From: Acidobacteriota bacterium
GTDB taxonomy: Bacteria; Acidobacteriota; Thermoanaerobaculia; Gp7-AA8
DNA length: 64,000 nt
Reading direction: 5' to 3'
Assembly (NCBI GenBank): GCA_019244185.1
Contig: JAFATB010000014.1
Span: 608,001 to 672,000 of the forward strand
Shown: one piece after another, positions 45,405 to 56,218 of the stretch
Position numbering within the stretch: position 1 is the first letter of the stretch
Layout: each line of letters starts with the position of its first letter
Program-made: the position numbers and the translations under genes
The notes under the pieces: generated by a model
The model's input: only the letters and a program-made list of their open reading frames with translations
The model's database searches: none
Told to the model about the DNA's origin: nothing

Positions 45405-46709
45405 TCAGTGCGGCAGCCCGAAGAGGTAGTACAGCGCGCAGAGCAGCGCGAGGACGATGCTGCCCGCATGCAGCTCGCGCGCGCGTCTGCCGAGGAGCTT
45501 CACGAGCGGATAGAGCATCAGCCCGGCGGTCAGGCCGTTGGCGATGTTGTAGGTGAACACCATCATCACGATCGTCGCGAACGCGGGCACGAGCTCGGTG
45601 AGATCGTCGAAGTCGATGTGCGCGACCGCGCCGAGCATGAGCATGCCGACGATGAGCAGCGCCGGCGCGTACGCGTAGCGCAACGACTGCATCGGCTCGA
45701 AGAGCGGAATGAAGAAGAGCGACAGCGCGAAGAGCGCGGCGGTGACGACGGACGCGAGTCCGGTGCGCGCGCCTTCGCGGATGCCGGTCGACGACTCGAT
45801 GTACGCGCCGCTGGTCGACGTACCGACCAGGCCGCTGAAGACGCACGTCAGCGCGTCGACGAGCATCGGCTTCTCGATGTCGGGCAGATCACCGCGCTCG
45901 TCGAGGAGGTTCGCCGCCGCGCCGAGGCCGACGAGCGTGCCGAGTGTGTCGAGCAGCGACATGAGGAACAGCGTCAGCAGAATCGGCAGAAAGCTGATGC
46001 GCAGCACCGAGTTCAGATCGAGCTGGAAGGCGAGCGAGGAGAGATCGTACGCGCCGGTGAACGGCAGCGCCGCGACGTGCGACGGCGCGTGTCCTTCGCC
46101 GAGAAGTACGCCCGCGACCGCGGTGACGGCGATGCCGATGAGGATCGCGCCGGGCACGCGGCGATGCGTCAGCACGGCGATGACGAGAAAGCCGAAAATC
46201 GCGAGGAGCACCGGCGCGCTGCGCACGTCGCCGAGCTGCACCGGCACCGCCTGCGCGGACTTTACGATGCCGCTCTCGTACAGGCCGATGAACGTGAGAA
46301 AGAGTCCGATGCCGGCGGCGAAGCTGTGCTTCATCGACGGCGAGATCGCGCGCGCGAGCCACGTGCGCACGCCGAAGAGCGTGATCGCGAGGAACACCAA
46401 TCCGCTGAGAAACACCGCGCCGAGGCGCTGCTGCCACGTGATGCCGAACGCGGCGAGGCCAAAGGCGATGAACGCGTTCTCGCCCATGTACGGCGCGACC
46501 GCGATGGGACGGTTCGCGTAGAGCCCCATCAGCAGCGTGCCGAAGACGGCGGTGAGGATCGTGGCGACGGTGGACGGGCCGGGCGGAATGCCGGCGAAGG
46601 CGAGGATCGCCGGATTCACGACGATGATGTACGCCATCGAGACGAACGTCGTGATGCCGCCGAGGACTTCTACGCGAACGGTGGTGCCACGCGCGCGGAG
46701 ATCGAACAC
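45405..46709 (-). CDS. NCS2/AzgA family purine permease
   Basis: GITTFVSMAYIIVVNP, APYMGENAF, YIESSTGI..GARTGL. Confidence 0.92.
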   Translation of the reverse strand: MFDLRARGTTVRVEVLGGITTFVSMAYIIVVNPAILAFAGIPPGPSTVATILTAVFGTLLMGLYANRPIAVAPYMGENAFIAFGLAAFGITWQQRLGAVFLSGLVFLAITLFGVRTWLARAISPSMKHSFAAGIGLFLTFIGLYESGIVKSAQAVPVQLGDVRSAPVLLAIFGFLVIAVLTHRRVPGAILIGIAVTAVAGVLLGEGHAPSHVAALPFTGAYDLSSLAFQLDLNSVLRISFLPILLTLFLMSLLDTLGTLVGLGAAANLLDERGDLPDIEKPMLVDALTCVFSGLVGTSTSGAYIESSTGIREGARTGLASVVTAALFALSLFFIPLFEPMQSLRYAYAPALLIVGMLMLGAVAHIDFDDLTELVPAFATIVMMVFTYNIANGLTAGLMLYPLVKLLGRRARELHAGSIVLALLCALYYLFGLPH

Positions 46710-46794
46710 GCGCGCATTGTAGTTGCGGTGAGGAACGCGGACGAGGGATGCGGCCTGGCCGTCATCCCTCGCTCGCGCGTGTGAGCCCGGTGCG

Positions 46795-47106
46795 TCAGCC
46801 TACAGTGAGGCCGCTCGCGTCGACGCTCCTCACGCCGTCCACGCCGCGCACTTTGGCGATGATGGCGTCACGGTCCGACGCGCTGTCGACGTGACCCGAC
46901 AGAGCGACCACGCCGCCGTCGTGCACGTTCACTTCGATGGCGAACGTCTTGTTCGGAACGGCGGTGGCGATGGCGCCGCGGACGTCCGCTTCCATGGCGG
47001 TCTTGTCGACTTGCTTCGGCAGGACCTTGTTGGTCGCGCAGGCGGCGGCGGTCAGAAGAGCGATGAGGGTCAGAGCGATGAGGATCCCGGTGCGATTGCG
47101 ATTCAT
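46795..47106 (-). CDS. BON domain lipoprotein
   Basis: Lipobox LTAAAC; IEVNVHDGGVVALSGHV...VDGVRSV. Confidence 0.8.
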   Translation of the reverse strand: MNRNRTGILIALTLIALLTAAACATNKVLPKQVDKTAMEADVRGAIATAVPNKTFAIEVNVHDGGVVALSGHVDSASDRDAIIAKVRGVDGVRSVDASGLTVG

Positions 47107-47226
47107 GTGATGCGAAAACCTCCTTCGGCCCAGTCGGGTAGCAACGGCTGTTCCCGCCGCGGCAAGAGGCACGTGCATTGCTCTTAATAACTGCGCATTC
47201 GCTGCGCCATCTCTGAAGGAGGCAAC

Positions 47227-48450
47227 ATGCGCAAGACTCTCGATCCACGAAACTTATCCGAGCGGCCGCTAGCGCGCGCGCTGGCCGCGCTTTCGCTCTC
47301 GGCCTCGCTCGCCGCATTCGGCTGTTCCACCAACCACATGCCCGGCAACGGGCAGCCTGCCGGCCTCGAGCCGACGGTCGGCACGACCGCTCCGGGCGTG
47401 AGCGGCACTTCGTCCGGTACGTCCACGCCGCCGCCGATGGTGTCGTCGTCGACGTACGACGCGTCGATGCTGAACGCTGCCACGGTCAACACCGTTAACT
47501 CCGGCGCGAGCGCCACCAGCATTCACCGCCGTACGGCCGACGAAGCCGCGGCGATCATGGCCGGAGTCGCTCCGCTCCGCGGCCGCGTCCTCGGTCCCGT
47601 GTCGCCGGCGACGAATCGTCCGGCGCAGTCGGCTCCGGCGATCGTGACCGGGCAGTTCATCAATCCCGCGCTCCGCACGAATCCCGAAGTGACCGTGAAC
47701 TCCTCGATCAGCTCGCCCGCCACGCCCGCGATCACGAGCGGCGCGGGTGACGGACTCGATGCGGACGCCGTGTTCGCCGAGGCCGTGGTCGCCGGCGCGT
47801 CGACGACCGCGGCCGCGACCGTCGGCACCGCGGCCGGCACCACCGCTGGCACGGCGGCGACCAACACCGCCGCCGCGACGATCGTCCCGACGACGACCGC
47901 GACCGGCGGCAACATCGCCGCGTCCGGACTCGGCGGCCTGCTGACGTCGAACGCCGCGGCGGTGCGCAGCGGCATCGGCACGGGTGTGCCGACCGGCGCG
48001 CTCGTCACCTCGAACGCCGCGCGCGTCACCGGCGACGTCGGCCCCGGCATCGCCACCAGCGCCATGACCGGCACCACCGGCCTGACGCTCGGCGACGTCG
48101 CGCCGGCCACGACCATCGGCACGACCACGACTCCTGCAACGACGACCACCACCGGCACGAGGACGGCGGCCGATACTGCATCGACCACCGGCACGACCGT
48201 GACGGCGACCACCGGCAGCGTGAGCGGCAACACCGCGGCGCGCGGCACGCGTGCGCTCGCCCGCGCGACGAGCCGCGGCACGACGGCGTCGACCACTTCG
48301 TCCGCCACGACGACCACGTCCGGACGGACGACGACCGCGTCGGGTCGCAGCGCGACGACCACGTCCGCCAGCCCGGTGCGCGTCACGCGCTCCGTCAACG
48401 GCACCGTGACCGTCACGAACGTCGGCAGCAGCGGCAGTTCACAGCGTTAA
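47227..48450 (+). CDS. Thr/Ala/Ser-rich low-complexity putative lipoprotein
   Basis: GGAGG ribosome-binding site, LAAFGC lipobox, Thr-rich body. Confidence 0.7.
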   Translation: MRKTLDPRNLSERPLARALAALSLSASLAAFGCSTNHMPGNGQPAGLEPTVGTTAPGVSGTSSGTSTPPPMVSSSTYDASMLNAATVNTVNSGASATSIHRRTADEAAAIMAGVAPLRGRVLGPVSPATNRPAQSAPAIVTGQFINPALRTNPEVTVNSSISSPATPAITSGAGDGLDADAVFAEAVVAGASTTAAATVGTAAGTTAGTAATNTAAATIVPTTTATGGNIAASGLGGLLTSNAAAVRSGIGTGVPTGALVTSNAARVTGDVGPGIATSAMTGTTGLTLGDVAPATTIGTTTTPATTTTTGTRTAADTASTTGTTVTATTGSVSGNTAARGTRALARATSRGTTASTTSSATTTTSGRTTTASGRSATTTSASPVRVTRSVNGTVTVTNVGSSGSSQR

Positions 48451-48522
48451 CGATTTCACACGCGATGCGGCGGCGTGGGATCCCGCACCGCCGCATCGAC
48501 GCCACGCCTGGAGCGACGACAG

Positions 48523-49293
48523 ATGGCAGAGATCCGCATCGGCACGTCCGGCTATCACTACAAACACTGGGTCGGCCGCTATTACCCGGCCGGCATCAAG
48601 TCCGCGGACATGCTCGCGCACTACCTGCGCGACTTCGACACGGTGGAGCTCAACAACACGTTCTATCAACTGCCGAACGAGTCGTCATTCGAGACGTGGC
48701 GCAAGTCCACGCCCTCCGATTTTCTCTTCGCCGTCAAAGGCAGCCGCTTCATCTCGCACATGATCAAGCTGAAGGATCCGGAGCGTGGGCTCGTGAACTT
48801 TCTGCCGCGCGCCGAGCGTCTCCGCGGCAAGCTCGGACCGATCCTCTGGCAACTGCCGCCGGGCTGGAAGGTCAACCTCGAGCGGCTCGAGACGTTCCTC
48901 GAGCTGCTGCCGCGCGAGCATCGCTACACGTTCGAGCTGCGCAATCCGACGTGGATGACGGACGAGGTGTACGAGATCCTGCGCAAGTACAACGCGGCGT
49001 TCTGCATCTACGAGCTCGCCGGATACCAGTCGCCGATCGAAGTCACCGCCGACTGGACGTACATCCGCCTGCACGGCCCGACCGCCTTCAAGTATCAGGG
49101 GAGCTACACCGACGAGCAGCTCGCCGCGTGGGCCGACCGCATCCGCGCGTGGAGTCGCCGCATGAAGGCGATCTACGTCTACTTCGACAACGACGACTCC
49201 GCGTACGCGGTCGACAACGCGCTCACTCTGAAGCGGATGTTGAAGCGCCTGTTGAAGGGGCAGTCGAGCCGGACTTCGACGCGGGCCGCGTAG
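48523..49293 (+). CDS. DUF72 family protein
   Basis: IGTSGY, VELNNTFY, LGPILWQLPP, YIRLHG, YVYFDN. Confidence 0.92.
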   Translation: MAEIRIGTSGYHYKHWVGRYYPAGIKSADMLAHYLRDFDTVELNNTFYQLPNESSFETWRKSTPSDFLFAVKGSRFISHMIKLKDPERGLVNFLPRAERLRGKLGPILWQLPPGWKVNLERLETFLELLPREHRYTFELRNPTWMTDEVYEILRKYNAAFCIYELAGYQSPIEVTADWTYIRLHGPTAFKYQGSYTDEQLAAWADRIRAWSRRMKAIYVYFDNDDSAYAVDNALTLKRMLKRLLKGQSSRTSTRAA

Positions 49294-51051
49294 CCTCGAA
49301 CCGATGCGTCTCGCGCATCACGTGCGCCTCGAGCACCGGCAGCGGCATCGAGCCCCGCGCGAGCACCCATTCGTGAAACTGGCGGATGTCGAAGTTCGTG
49401 CCGAGCTCGCGCTCGACGCGCCGCCGCAACTCGATCATGCGCAGGCTGCCGATCTTGTACGCGAGCGCCTGCGCCGGGATGTCGACCGAGTAGCGCAGCG
49501 TCTCGGTTTGGATCTCCGTCTCGGACATCAGCGTGTTCTCGCGCAGGAACTCGATCGCGCGCTCGCGCGACCAGCCGAGGGCTTCATGCCGGTGTCGACG
49601 ACGAGGCGCGACGAGAGCATCGCATCCATCATCAGGCGGCCGTAGTGATCGTACGGATCGGAGTAGAGCCCGAGCTCATTGCCGAGCCACGCCGAGTACT
49701 CGCCCCAGCCTTCGACGAAGACGGTGTGGAACGAGCGGCGGCGGAACAGCGGAATGGTCTCGTCCTCGAGCTGCCGCGCGATCTGGAAGTGATGCCCCGG
49801 AATGAGCTCGTGCAGCATGAGCGCGCCCGCGAAGAGCAGCGAGCGCTCGTTCGGCTTCGAGCCGTTGAAGTAGTAGTGGCCGGTGGTTTGATGCGCCTTC
49901 GGCGCGTCGTAGTAACCGAACGTCATGCCGCCTTCGAGCGCGGGATCGAGACGCTGCACGTCGTACGGCGCGCGCGGCAGCCGCGCGAAGTACTTCGGAA
50001 TCTGCGGCTCGATCCGTCGCACGTAGGACGTCAGCCGCGCGCCGATCTCTTCGGCGGACGTCGCGAAGAAGCGCGGATCGGTGCGGAGGAACTGGTGGAA
50101 CTGCGCCTTCGTTCCCGTGAAGCCGAGCTGCGTGCGGACGTCCGCCATCTCACGGTTGATGCGCTCGACTTCGCGCAGGCCGAGCTCGTGGATCTCGCGC
50201 GGGTCGAGATCGAGCGTGGTCGACTCGCGCACGAGCTCGCGATACGCGGCCGCGCCGCCGGGATACTGCGCCAGCCCGACGCCCGCCGGCGCGGCGGTCT
50301 CGTACGCGGGCGAGAAGATCTCGAGGATGCGCGACAGCGCCGGATTGACGCGCGTGGCGATCGCCTCGCGCACCTGCGCGGTGAACGCGGCGTCGCCTTC
50401 GCGCGCGAACATGCTCTCTTCCGGCGGGCGGCGCAGTCCGGCGATCATCGCGCGCACGAGCGGCAGCTCCGGCTTCGGCAGCAGAATCCCGCGGCGCTGC
50501 TGCTCGCGCGTGATCTCCGCGATGCCGTCCAGGAACGTTCCGTACTCGCCGACGAGCCGCACGTATCGCGCGCGCTCGTCCGCGGTCGCGAGCGGCATCG
50601 ACACGATCGCGAGGCCGATGCCGCGGATCGGCGACGCGTACGGCGTCACCCACCAGTGGAGATAGAAGTGCGGCAGGCCGTCGATGGTCTGTTGCTGCAG
50701 GTTTTTCAGCACCGCCAGCGTGATGCGGTCGTCTTCGGCGAGCGCGTTCTCATCGATCCCGTCGAGCTGTGCGAGGAGCGACTGCGCGAACGTCGCCTCG
50801 GTCTCCTCGTGCGCGTACGAGAAGTCGGGCAGATGCTCGATCGGCAGCCCGAGTTCCGCGCGGGCGTTCACGTCCTGCTCGAGGCGATGCTGCCAGTACG
50901 CATCGACGAGCCGCGCCAGCGTGCTTGCGGCGTTGGGTGCCGGCGTGGCGGTCGGTGTCGCCGCGACCGCGGCCGGCGCCGGTGCGGGCGGCGGCGTCGT
51001 GGCGCAGGCGGCGAGCGAGAGGACGACAAACGCGAGCGTCAGGCGGCGCAT
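49223..51051 (-). pseudogene. DUF885 family lipoprotein with a 1-nt deletion at ~49583 (real lesion or sequencing error)
   Basis: HELIPGHH, EGWGEY, RLVVDTGM in one frame; ATG AA GCC CTC GGC TGG continues as ALGWSRERAI...QALAYKIG...FDIRQFH in the next frame. Confidence 0.82.
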
Positions 51052-51086
51052 GCGCCGGATGATCGCACACGCGCCGCTGCTGGCCG

Positions 51087-51734
51087 CTACGCGACGGGCA
51101 GACTTTCGATGAGCGCGCCGGCGAGCGCGTCCGCGATCTCCGCGCGCGTCTTTCCGTGCGCGGGACCGACGTTCAGCAGCGCGTCTACGGCGGGGATGTC
51201 GATGAACTCCAGCTCGACGAGGCACGCGCGCACGTTCGGACCGAGGTCGTGATCGCGCAGCACGCCGAGCTGCTGTTCCTTCACGCCGCGATTCTTCGTC
51301 GCGGGATCGGCCTTCTTGATGGTCATGAAGACCGCGTTCTGGATCGTCGTTGCGAACGCGGCGTCGTCGGCGTGATTTGGATTGTCCGCCGCGGTCGGAC
51401 GCACGAGCGTCTCCACGCCGCGCGCGTTGTGGCCGTCGCTCGCGTTGCAGTGGATGCTCAGGAACAGATTCGCGCCGTGCGCCTGTGCGACCTGCGCGCG
51501 CTGCGCGAGGCCGAGGTTCACGTCGGACTCGCGCGTCAGCACGATGCGCACGTCGTGGCCTTCGGCCTGGGCGCGGCGCTGGACCGCGTCGCGCGTGAGA
51601 AACGCCATCTGCAGCGTGATGTTCTTCTCCAGCACGCCGCTGGGACTGGTGGCGTTGTTCGGCGACGAGCCGCCGACTTTCACGGTGCCGCCGTGGCCGG
51701 GATCGAGAACGATGGTTCCGCGTCGTTGGGTCAT
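51087..51734 (-). CDS. N-acetylmuramoyl-L-alanine amidase (Amidase_3), no signal peptide
   Basis: LDPGHGG, LEK, LSIHCNA, LVELEFI. Confidence 0.9.
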   Translation of the reverse strand: MTQRRGTIVLDPGHGGTVKVGGSSPNNATSPSGVLEKNITLQMAFLTRDAVQRRAQAEGHDVRIVLTRESDVNLGLAQRAQVAQAHGANLFLSIHCNASDGHNARGVETLVRPTAADNPNHADDAAFATTIQNAVFMTIKKADPATKNRGVKEQQLGVLRDHDLGPNVRACLVELEFIDIPAVDALLNVGPAHGKTRAEIADALAGALIESLPVA

Positions 51735-51747
51735 GGCTCAGCTCTCC

Positions 51748-52749
51748 TCAGATGTCCTGCTCGCCCGGAGCGTCGATGACGGCATTCGCGGCGACCGCCG
51801 CCGCGGCGTTCGCGCTGCCGCTCGCGGAAGTGCTGGTGTGATCGATCGACTTCGCACCGAGATACGTGGCGTGGCTGATCGTGAGAATCGCCAGGAGGCC
51901 CGATCCGATCGCGGGGAGTTGCGCGAGCGTCGCGGCCTTCGGCGCGGTGAGCAGGTGATTCGCGAAGTGCGTCGCCAGCATCGTGAAGACCTCGGACGCA
52001 TACGCGACGATCGCGGCGATGGTGAAGAAGAACATCTGCACCTTCGCCATGTCGACGTACGCGGTGTTGCCGACTTCGACGCCTTGGAACATGTCGACGA
52101 AGCTCGCGTCGGAAGGCTTCGGGTTGCCGTAGAGCGTGCCCGCGCGGTGCAGCTCGATCTCCTGCACGTTCGTCTGCTCCGCCGCGCTCTTCGCGTTGTC
52201 GTTGATCGCCGCCGCGCTGTTCGCCGCGGCGACGTCGGGGTTCGAAGGCTGCTTCTCCTTCTTCATCGCGTGCACGACCTCGCGGCCGACCGCGGACGCC
52301 GACGTGATGCCGAGCAGCTTCCACAGCTCCGGCGGCACGGTGATGTTCAGCGCGTCGTTCACGCCCGAGAACGCGCGGATCAGGGCGATGGTGAGGAACG
52401 CCGAGACGACGAGCACCGTCCACGCGACGAGCTGAAAGCGCGAGAGGCTCATCAGGTTCTGCTCGTCGATCAGCGCGCCGCCGATGCGGCCGTTGATCTG
52501 CAGCCCGATCATCGCGAGCAGCACGATCATCGAGCCGGCGATGAGCCCCCACGCGAGATCGGGTGCGACGCCCTTCACGTCCGCGGTCTGTGGCGTTTGC
52601 CACCACTGCAGCGTGCGCGCGCTGTAGTAGCCGGACACGACGACGACGGCGACGAGCAACAGCGCGACGGCGGCCAGTCGCTTCGCGGACGCTTTCGCAT
52701 CCTTCGCGATGGCGATCTTCCAGACTTCGGTGAAGAAGTTTCCGATCAT
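51748..52749 (-). CDS. Multi-pass membrane hypothetical protein
   Basis: AGGAGA ribosome-binding site; ~6 hydrophobic segments; SLSRFQ..W, DMAKVQMFFFT, ISHATYLGAK. Confidence 0.75.
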   Translation of the reverse strand: MIGNFFTEVWKIAIAKDAKASAKRLAAVALLLVAVVVVSGYYSARTLQWWQTPQTADVKGVAPDLAWGLIAGSMIVLLAMIGLQINGRIGGALIDEQNLMSLSRFQLVAWTVLVVSAFLTIALIRAFSGVNDALNITVPPELWKLLGITSASAVGREVVHAMKKEKQPSNPDVAAANSAAAINDNAKSAAEQTNVQEIELHRAGTLYGNPKPSDASFVDMFQGVEVGNTAYVDMAKVQMFFFTIAAIVAYASEVFTMLATHFANHLLTAPKAATLAQLPAIGSGLLAILTISHATYLGAKSIDHTSTSASGSANAAAAVAANAVIDAPGEQDI

Positions 52750-52817
52750 CGATCTCTCCTCGGTGATCCGTGGGTTCACCGATAGGAGAGACGCGCGGCG
52801 TGGTTTTCCCTACCCGC

Positions 52818-52850
52818 AAAACAAAAGCGCCGGCGTTTCGCCGGCGCTTT
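52818..52850 (-). terminator. Rho-independent terminator of the yccA-like gene
   Basis: AAAGCGCCGGCG/CGCCGGCGCTTT hairpin with a minus-strand T-tract. Confidence 0.75.
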
Positions 52851-52871
52851 CGATCGTGATGCGGAGAAACG

Positions 52872-53600
52872 TTACCTGCGGCTGCTGCCGCCGCCGAAGA
52901 GGCGGAGCAGGAACAGGAAGAGGTTGATGAAGTCGAGATACAGCGCGAGCGCGCCGTAGACGGCGAGATTCTCGCGCAGCTGCGGCGCCGTGGCATACGC
53001 CTTCAGCTTCTGCGTGTCGTACGCGGTGAGGCCGAGGAACACGAAGACGCCGATGAGCGAGATCGCCCACGCGAACGCGGGAGACTTCAGGAAGATGTTG
53101 ACGACGCTGCAGATCAGAATGCCGATGAGACCCATGAAGAAGAACGAACCCCACGAGGTGAGGTCGCGCTTGGTCACGGTGCCGTAGACGCTCATCGCGC
53201 CGAACATCCCCGCCGCGACGGCGAACGCCTGGAAGATCGATTGCGCCGTGTAGGCGAAGAAGATCACGCTCAGCGACAACCCGTTGAGCAGCGAGAAGAC
53301 GAGAAACGCGGATGCGGCCGCGGCCGCGGACATGCGCGTGATGCGCGCGCTGAGATAGAAGACGAGGCCGAGCTCCACGAGCATCAGCACCCACGGCATC
53401 GCGCGGTTGCCGAAGATCAGCTGCTGCATCCCTTCCGACAGCACGACCCACAGCGAGGCGCCGGCGGTGATCGCCAGTCCGGCGAACATCCACGCGTACA
53501 CCGAGCGGACGAAGCTGCGCTCGCGTTCGACGGTCTGCGCGGTGCTGGCGTCGATCCACGCCGGCTGGGCCGGCTGCGGTTGATAGCGGTAATCGCTCAT
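52872..53600 (-). CDS. Bax inhibitor-1/YccA family membrane protein
   Basis: [37 protein letters not shown]. Confidence 0.92.
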   Translation of the reverse strand: MSDYRYQPQPAQPAWIDASTAQTVERERSFVRSVYAWMFAGLAITAGASLWVVLSEGMQQLIFGNRAMPWVLMLVELGLVFYLSARITRMSAAAAASAFLVFSLLNGLSLSVIFFAYTAQSIFQAFAVAAGMFGAMSVYGTVTKRDLTSWGSFFFMGLIGILICSVVNIFLKSPAFAWAISLIGVFVFLGLTAYDTQKLKAYATAPQLRENLAVYGALALYLDFINLFLFLLRLFGGGSSRR

Positions 53601-53656
53601 CGAGAATCCTCCAAAGTTACGACGAATCATAACCCCACTTCGTCGCGGCGTAGTCC

Positions 53657-53729
53657 TTGCACGTTCGGAATTTACAATGCTAGACTCAGGTTTGCTCAGA
53701 TAGCGAAACTTGATAGCGGAACGCTCAAC
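53657..53729 (+). promoter_or_regulatory. dnaK promoter with two HAIR-like (HspR) operators
   Basis: TTGCAC N18 TAGACT; CTAGACT-N7-GCTCAGA (53680) and CTTGATA-N7-GCTCAAC (53709) versus consensus CTTGAGT-N7-ACTCAAG. Confidence 0.65.
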
Positions 53730-53759
53730 CGTTCTGAACTGTCAGAAGGAGAAGAACTT

Positions 53760-55664
53760 ATGTCAAAGATCATCGGCATTGACCTCGGTACGACCAACTC
53801 GGTCGTCGCGGTCATGGAAGGCAACGAGCCGAAGGTCATCGTGAACGCCGAGGGGAGCCGCATCACCCCGTCGGTGGTCGGCTTCGCCAAGAACGGCGAG
53901 CGTCTCGTCGGCCAGGTCGCGAAACGCCAGGCCGTCACGAATCCCGAAAACACGGTGTTCTCGATCAAGCGCTTCATGGGACGCAAGTTCAATGAAGTCA
54001 ACGAAGAAATGAAGATGGTCCCGTACAAGGTGACGCAGGCGTCGAACGGCGACGTGCGCGTCGACGTGCAGGGCAAGATGTACTCGCCGCCGGAGATCTC
54101 CGCGATGATCCTGCAGAAGCTCAAGCAGGCCGCGGAAGACTACCTCGGCGAGAAAGTCGAGCGCGCGGTGATCACGGTTCCCGCGTACTTCAACGACTCG
54201 CAGCGCCAGGCCACGAAAGACGCGGGCGAGATCGCCGGCCTCAAGGTCGAGCGCCTCGTCAACGAGCCGACGGCCGCCGCACTCGCCTACGGCCTCGACA
54301 AGAAGACGAACGAAACCATCGCCGTGTATGACTTCGGCGGCGGCACGTTCGACATTTCGATTCTCGAAGTCGGCGACGGCGTCGTCGAAGTGAAGTCGAC
54401 CAACGGCGACACGCACCTCGGCGGCGACAACATCGACCAGAAGCTCATCGACTGGATCATCGACGAGTTCCGCAAGGACCAGGGCATCGATCTGTCGAAA
54501 GACAAGATGGCTCTGCAGCGCCTCAAGGAAGCCGCCGAGAAAGCGAAGATCGAGCTCTCGTCGACGATGTCCACCGACATCAACCTGCCATTCATCACGG
54601 CCGATGCGTCCGGTCCGAAGCACCTCAACATGCAGCTCACGCGAGCGAAGTTCGAGCAGCTCATCGGCGACATCGTCAACAAGACGATGGGTCCGGTGAA
54701 GCAGGCGCTCTCCGACGCCGGCGTCGATCCGAAGAAGATCGATGAAGTCGTGCTCGTCGGCGGCTCCACGCGCATCCCGATCGTGCAGCAGCTCGTCAAG
54801 GACTACTTCGGCAAGGAGCCGCACAAGGGCGTGAACCCCGACGAAGTCGTCGCGGTCGGCGCGGCGGTGCAGGGCGGCGTTCTGCGCGGTGACGTCAAGG
54901 ACGTCCTGCTGCTCGACGTCACTCCGCTCTCGCTCGGCATCGAGACGCTCGGCGGCGTGATGACGAAGCTCATCGAGCGTAACACGACCATCCCCACGCG
55001 CAAGTCGGAGATCTTCTCGACGGCCGCCGACAACCAGACGTCGGTCGAGATCAAGGTCTATCAGGGCGAGCGCGAGATGGCCGCGGCCAACAAGCTCCTC
55101 GGCGCGTTCCACCTCGTCGGCATTCCGCCGGCGCCGCGCGGCCTGCCGCAGATCGAAGTCGGCTTCGACATCGACGCGAACGGCATCATGAACGTGTCGG
55201 CCAAGGACCTCGGCACCGGCAAGGAGCAGAAGATCACCATCACCAGCTCCTCCGGTCTGTCGAAGGACGAAGTCGATCGCCTCGTGAAGGACGCGGAGTC
55301 GCACGCGGATGAAGACAAGAAGCGCCGCGAAGAAATCGAGGCGAAGAACCAGCTCGACGGCCTCGTGTATCAGGTCGAGAAGATGCTGAGCGAGAACCGC
55401 GAGAAGCTTTCCGGTGGCGACGTGCAGTCGCTCGAGAGCGCGATCAGCGATGCTCGCAAGGCGATGGAGCAGGGCGGCGTCGACAACCTCCGCTCCGCCA
55501 CCGACAACCTCCAGAAGGCGTCGCACAAGCTCGCCGAGATCATGTATCAGCAGGCGGGTGCCGGCGCCGGTGCGAACGCGGATGCGGGCGCGTCGGGTGC
55601 GGCCGGCGGCGGCAACGGCAAGGATGACGTCATCGAAGCCGAAGTCGTCGACGAGAACAAGTAA
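53760..55664 (+). CDS. dnaK: Chaperone DnaK (Hsp70)
   Basis: [35 protein letters not shown]. Confidence 0.99.
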   Translation: MSKIIGIDLGTTNSVVAVMEGNEPKVIVNAEGSRITPSVVGFAKNGERLVGQVAKRQAVTNPENTVFSIKRFMGRKFNEVNEEMKMVPYKVTQASNGDVRVDVQGKMYSPPEISAMILQKLKQAAEDYLGEKVERAVITVPAYFNDSQRQATKDAGEIAGLKVERLVNEPTAAALAYGLDKKTNETIAVYDFGGGTFDISILEVGDGVVEVKSTNGDTHLGGDNIDQKLIDWIIDEFRKDQGIDLSKDKMALQRLKEAAEKAKIELSSTMSTDINLPFITADASGPKHLNMQLTRAKFEQLIGDIVNKTMGPVKQALSDAGVDPKKIDEVVLVGGSTRIPIVQQLVKDYFGKEPHKGVNPDEVVAVGAAVQGGVLRGDVKDVLLLDVTPLSLGIETLGGVMTKLIERNTTIPTRKSEIFSTAADNQTSVEIKVYQGEREMAAANKLLGAFHLVGIPPAPRGLPQIEVGFDIDANGIMNVSAKDLGTGKEQKITITSSSGLSKDEVDRLVKDAESHADEDKKRREEIEAKNQLDGLVYQVEKMLSENREKLSGGDVQSLESAISDARKAMEQGGVDNLRSATDNLQKASHKLAEIMYQQAGAGAGANADAGASGAAGGGNGKDDVIEAEVVDENK

Positions 55665-55671
55665 TGAGTCA

Positions 55672-55705
55672 GCGCGGCGGGCGTCTTAGCCCGCCGCGCG
55701 TTTTT
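55672..55705 (+). terminator. Terminator-like hairpin between dnaK and hspR
   Basis: GCGCGGCGGGC-loop-GCCCGCCGCGC followed by GTTTTT. Confidence 0.6.
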
Positions 55706-55720
55706 CCGGAGATTCCAGAC

Positions 55721-56095
55721 ATGGCTCGCCGCAGAGCAGATGGTTACGTGATGATCTCGATCATCGCGGAACGCTACAACATTCACCCGCAGACGCTGCG
55801 GCTGTACGAGCGCGAAGGGCTGATCCGCCCCGCGCGCACCGCCGGCAACACGCGTCTCTACGGTGAAGACGAGATCCGCAAGCTGGAGATGATTCTCACG
55901 CTGACGCGCGACCTCGGCGTGAACCTCGCCGGCGTGGAAGTGGTGCTGCAGCTCGCGCGGATGATGAACGACGCGGACATGGAGTTCGGCCGCCTGCTCG
56001 ACTACATCCGCCAGCTGATGCTCGACAAGCGCCACGGCATCGAGCGCACGAACGCGCTCGTCAAAGCCGCGCCGCTCGGCCTCACGAAACGCTAG
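55721..56095 (+). CDS. hspR: MerR-family heat-shock repressor HspR
   Basis: ISIIAE.YNIHPQTLRLYEREGLI.P.RT.GNTRLY...LGVNLAGV; directly downstream of dnaK. Confidence 0.85.
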   Translation: MARRRADGYVMISIIAERYNIHPQTLRLYEREGLIRPARTAGNTRLYGEDEIRKLEMILTLTRDLGVNLAGVEVVLQLARMMNDADMEFGRLLDYIRQLMLDKRHGIERTNALVKAAPLGLTKR

Positions 56096-56096
56096 C

Positions 56097-56218
56097 TGGG
56101 CCGGCACGGCCGACTGCGCTCAGGGCATAGCCAGGCGATACGTGCGGCTGCTCTAAACGACACTCAGGGCAGCCGCGCGTGTAGATAGGCTATGCCTTTA
56201 GCGCCCTCGGCCGCGCCG
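56097..56218. repeat. Degenerate inverted copy of the 33934-34086 palindrome
   Basis: GGGCCGGCACGGCCGACTGCGCTCAGGGCATAGCC..CGTGCGGCTGC-loop-GCAGCCGCGCGTG..GGCTATGCCTTTAGCGC; loop CTAAACGACA is the reverse complement of TGTCGTTTAG in the first copy. Confidence 0.8.

Noticed and set aside
46710-46794. Purine riboswitch upstream of the NCS2 permease
   Set aside because: Only a simple hairpin after the BON gene; no purine-riboswitch core recognised, and a TACAAT box 6 nt before the GTG implies a leaderless mRNA
29395-49590. Programmed ribosomal frameshifting at the two broken genes (~29401 and ~49583)
   Set aside because: No slippery heptamer or homopolymer at either site; single-base errors or mutations are simpler
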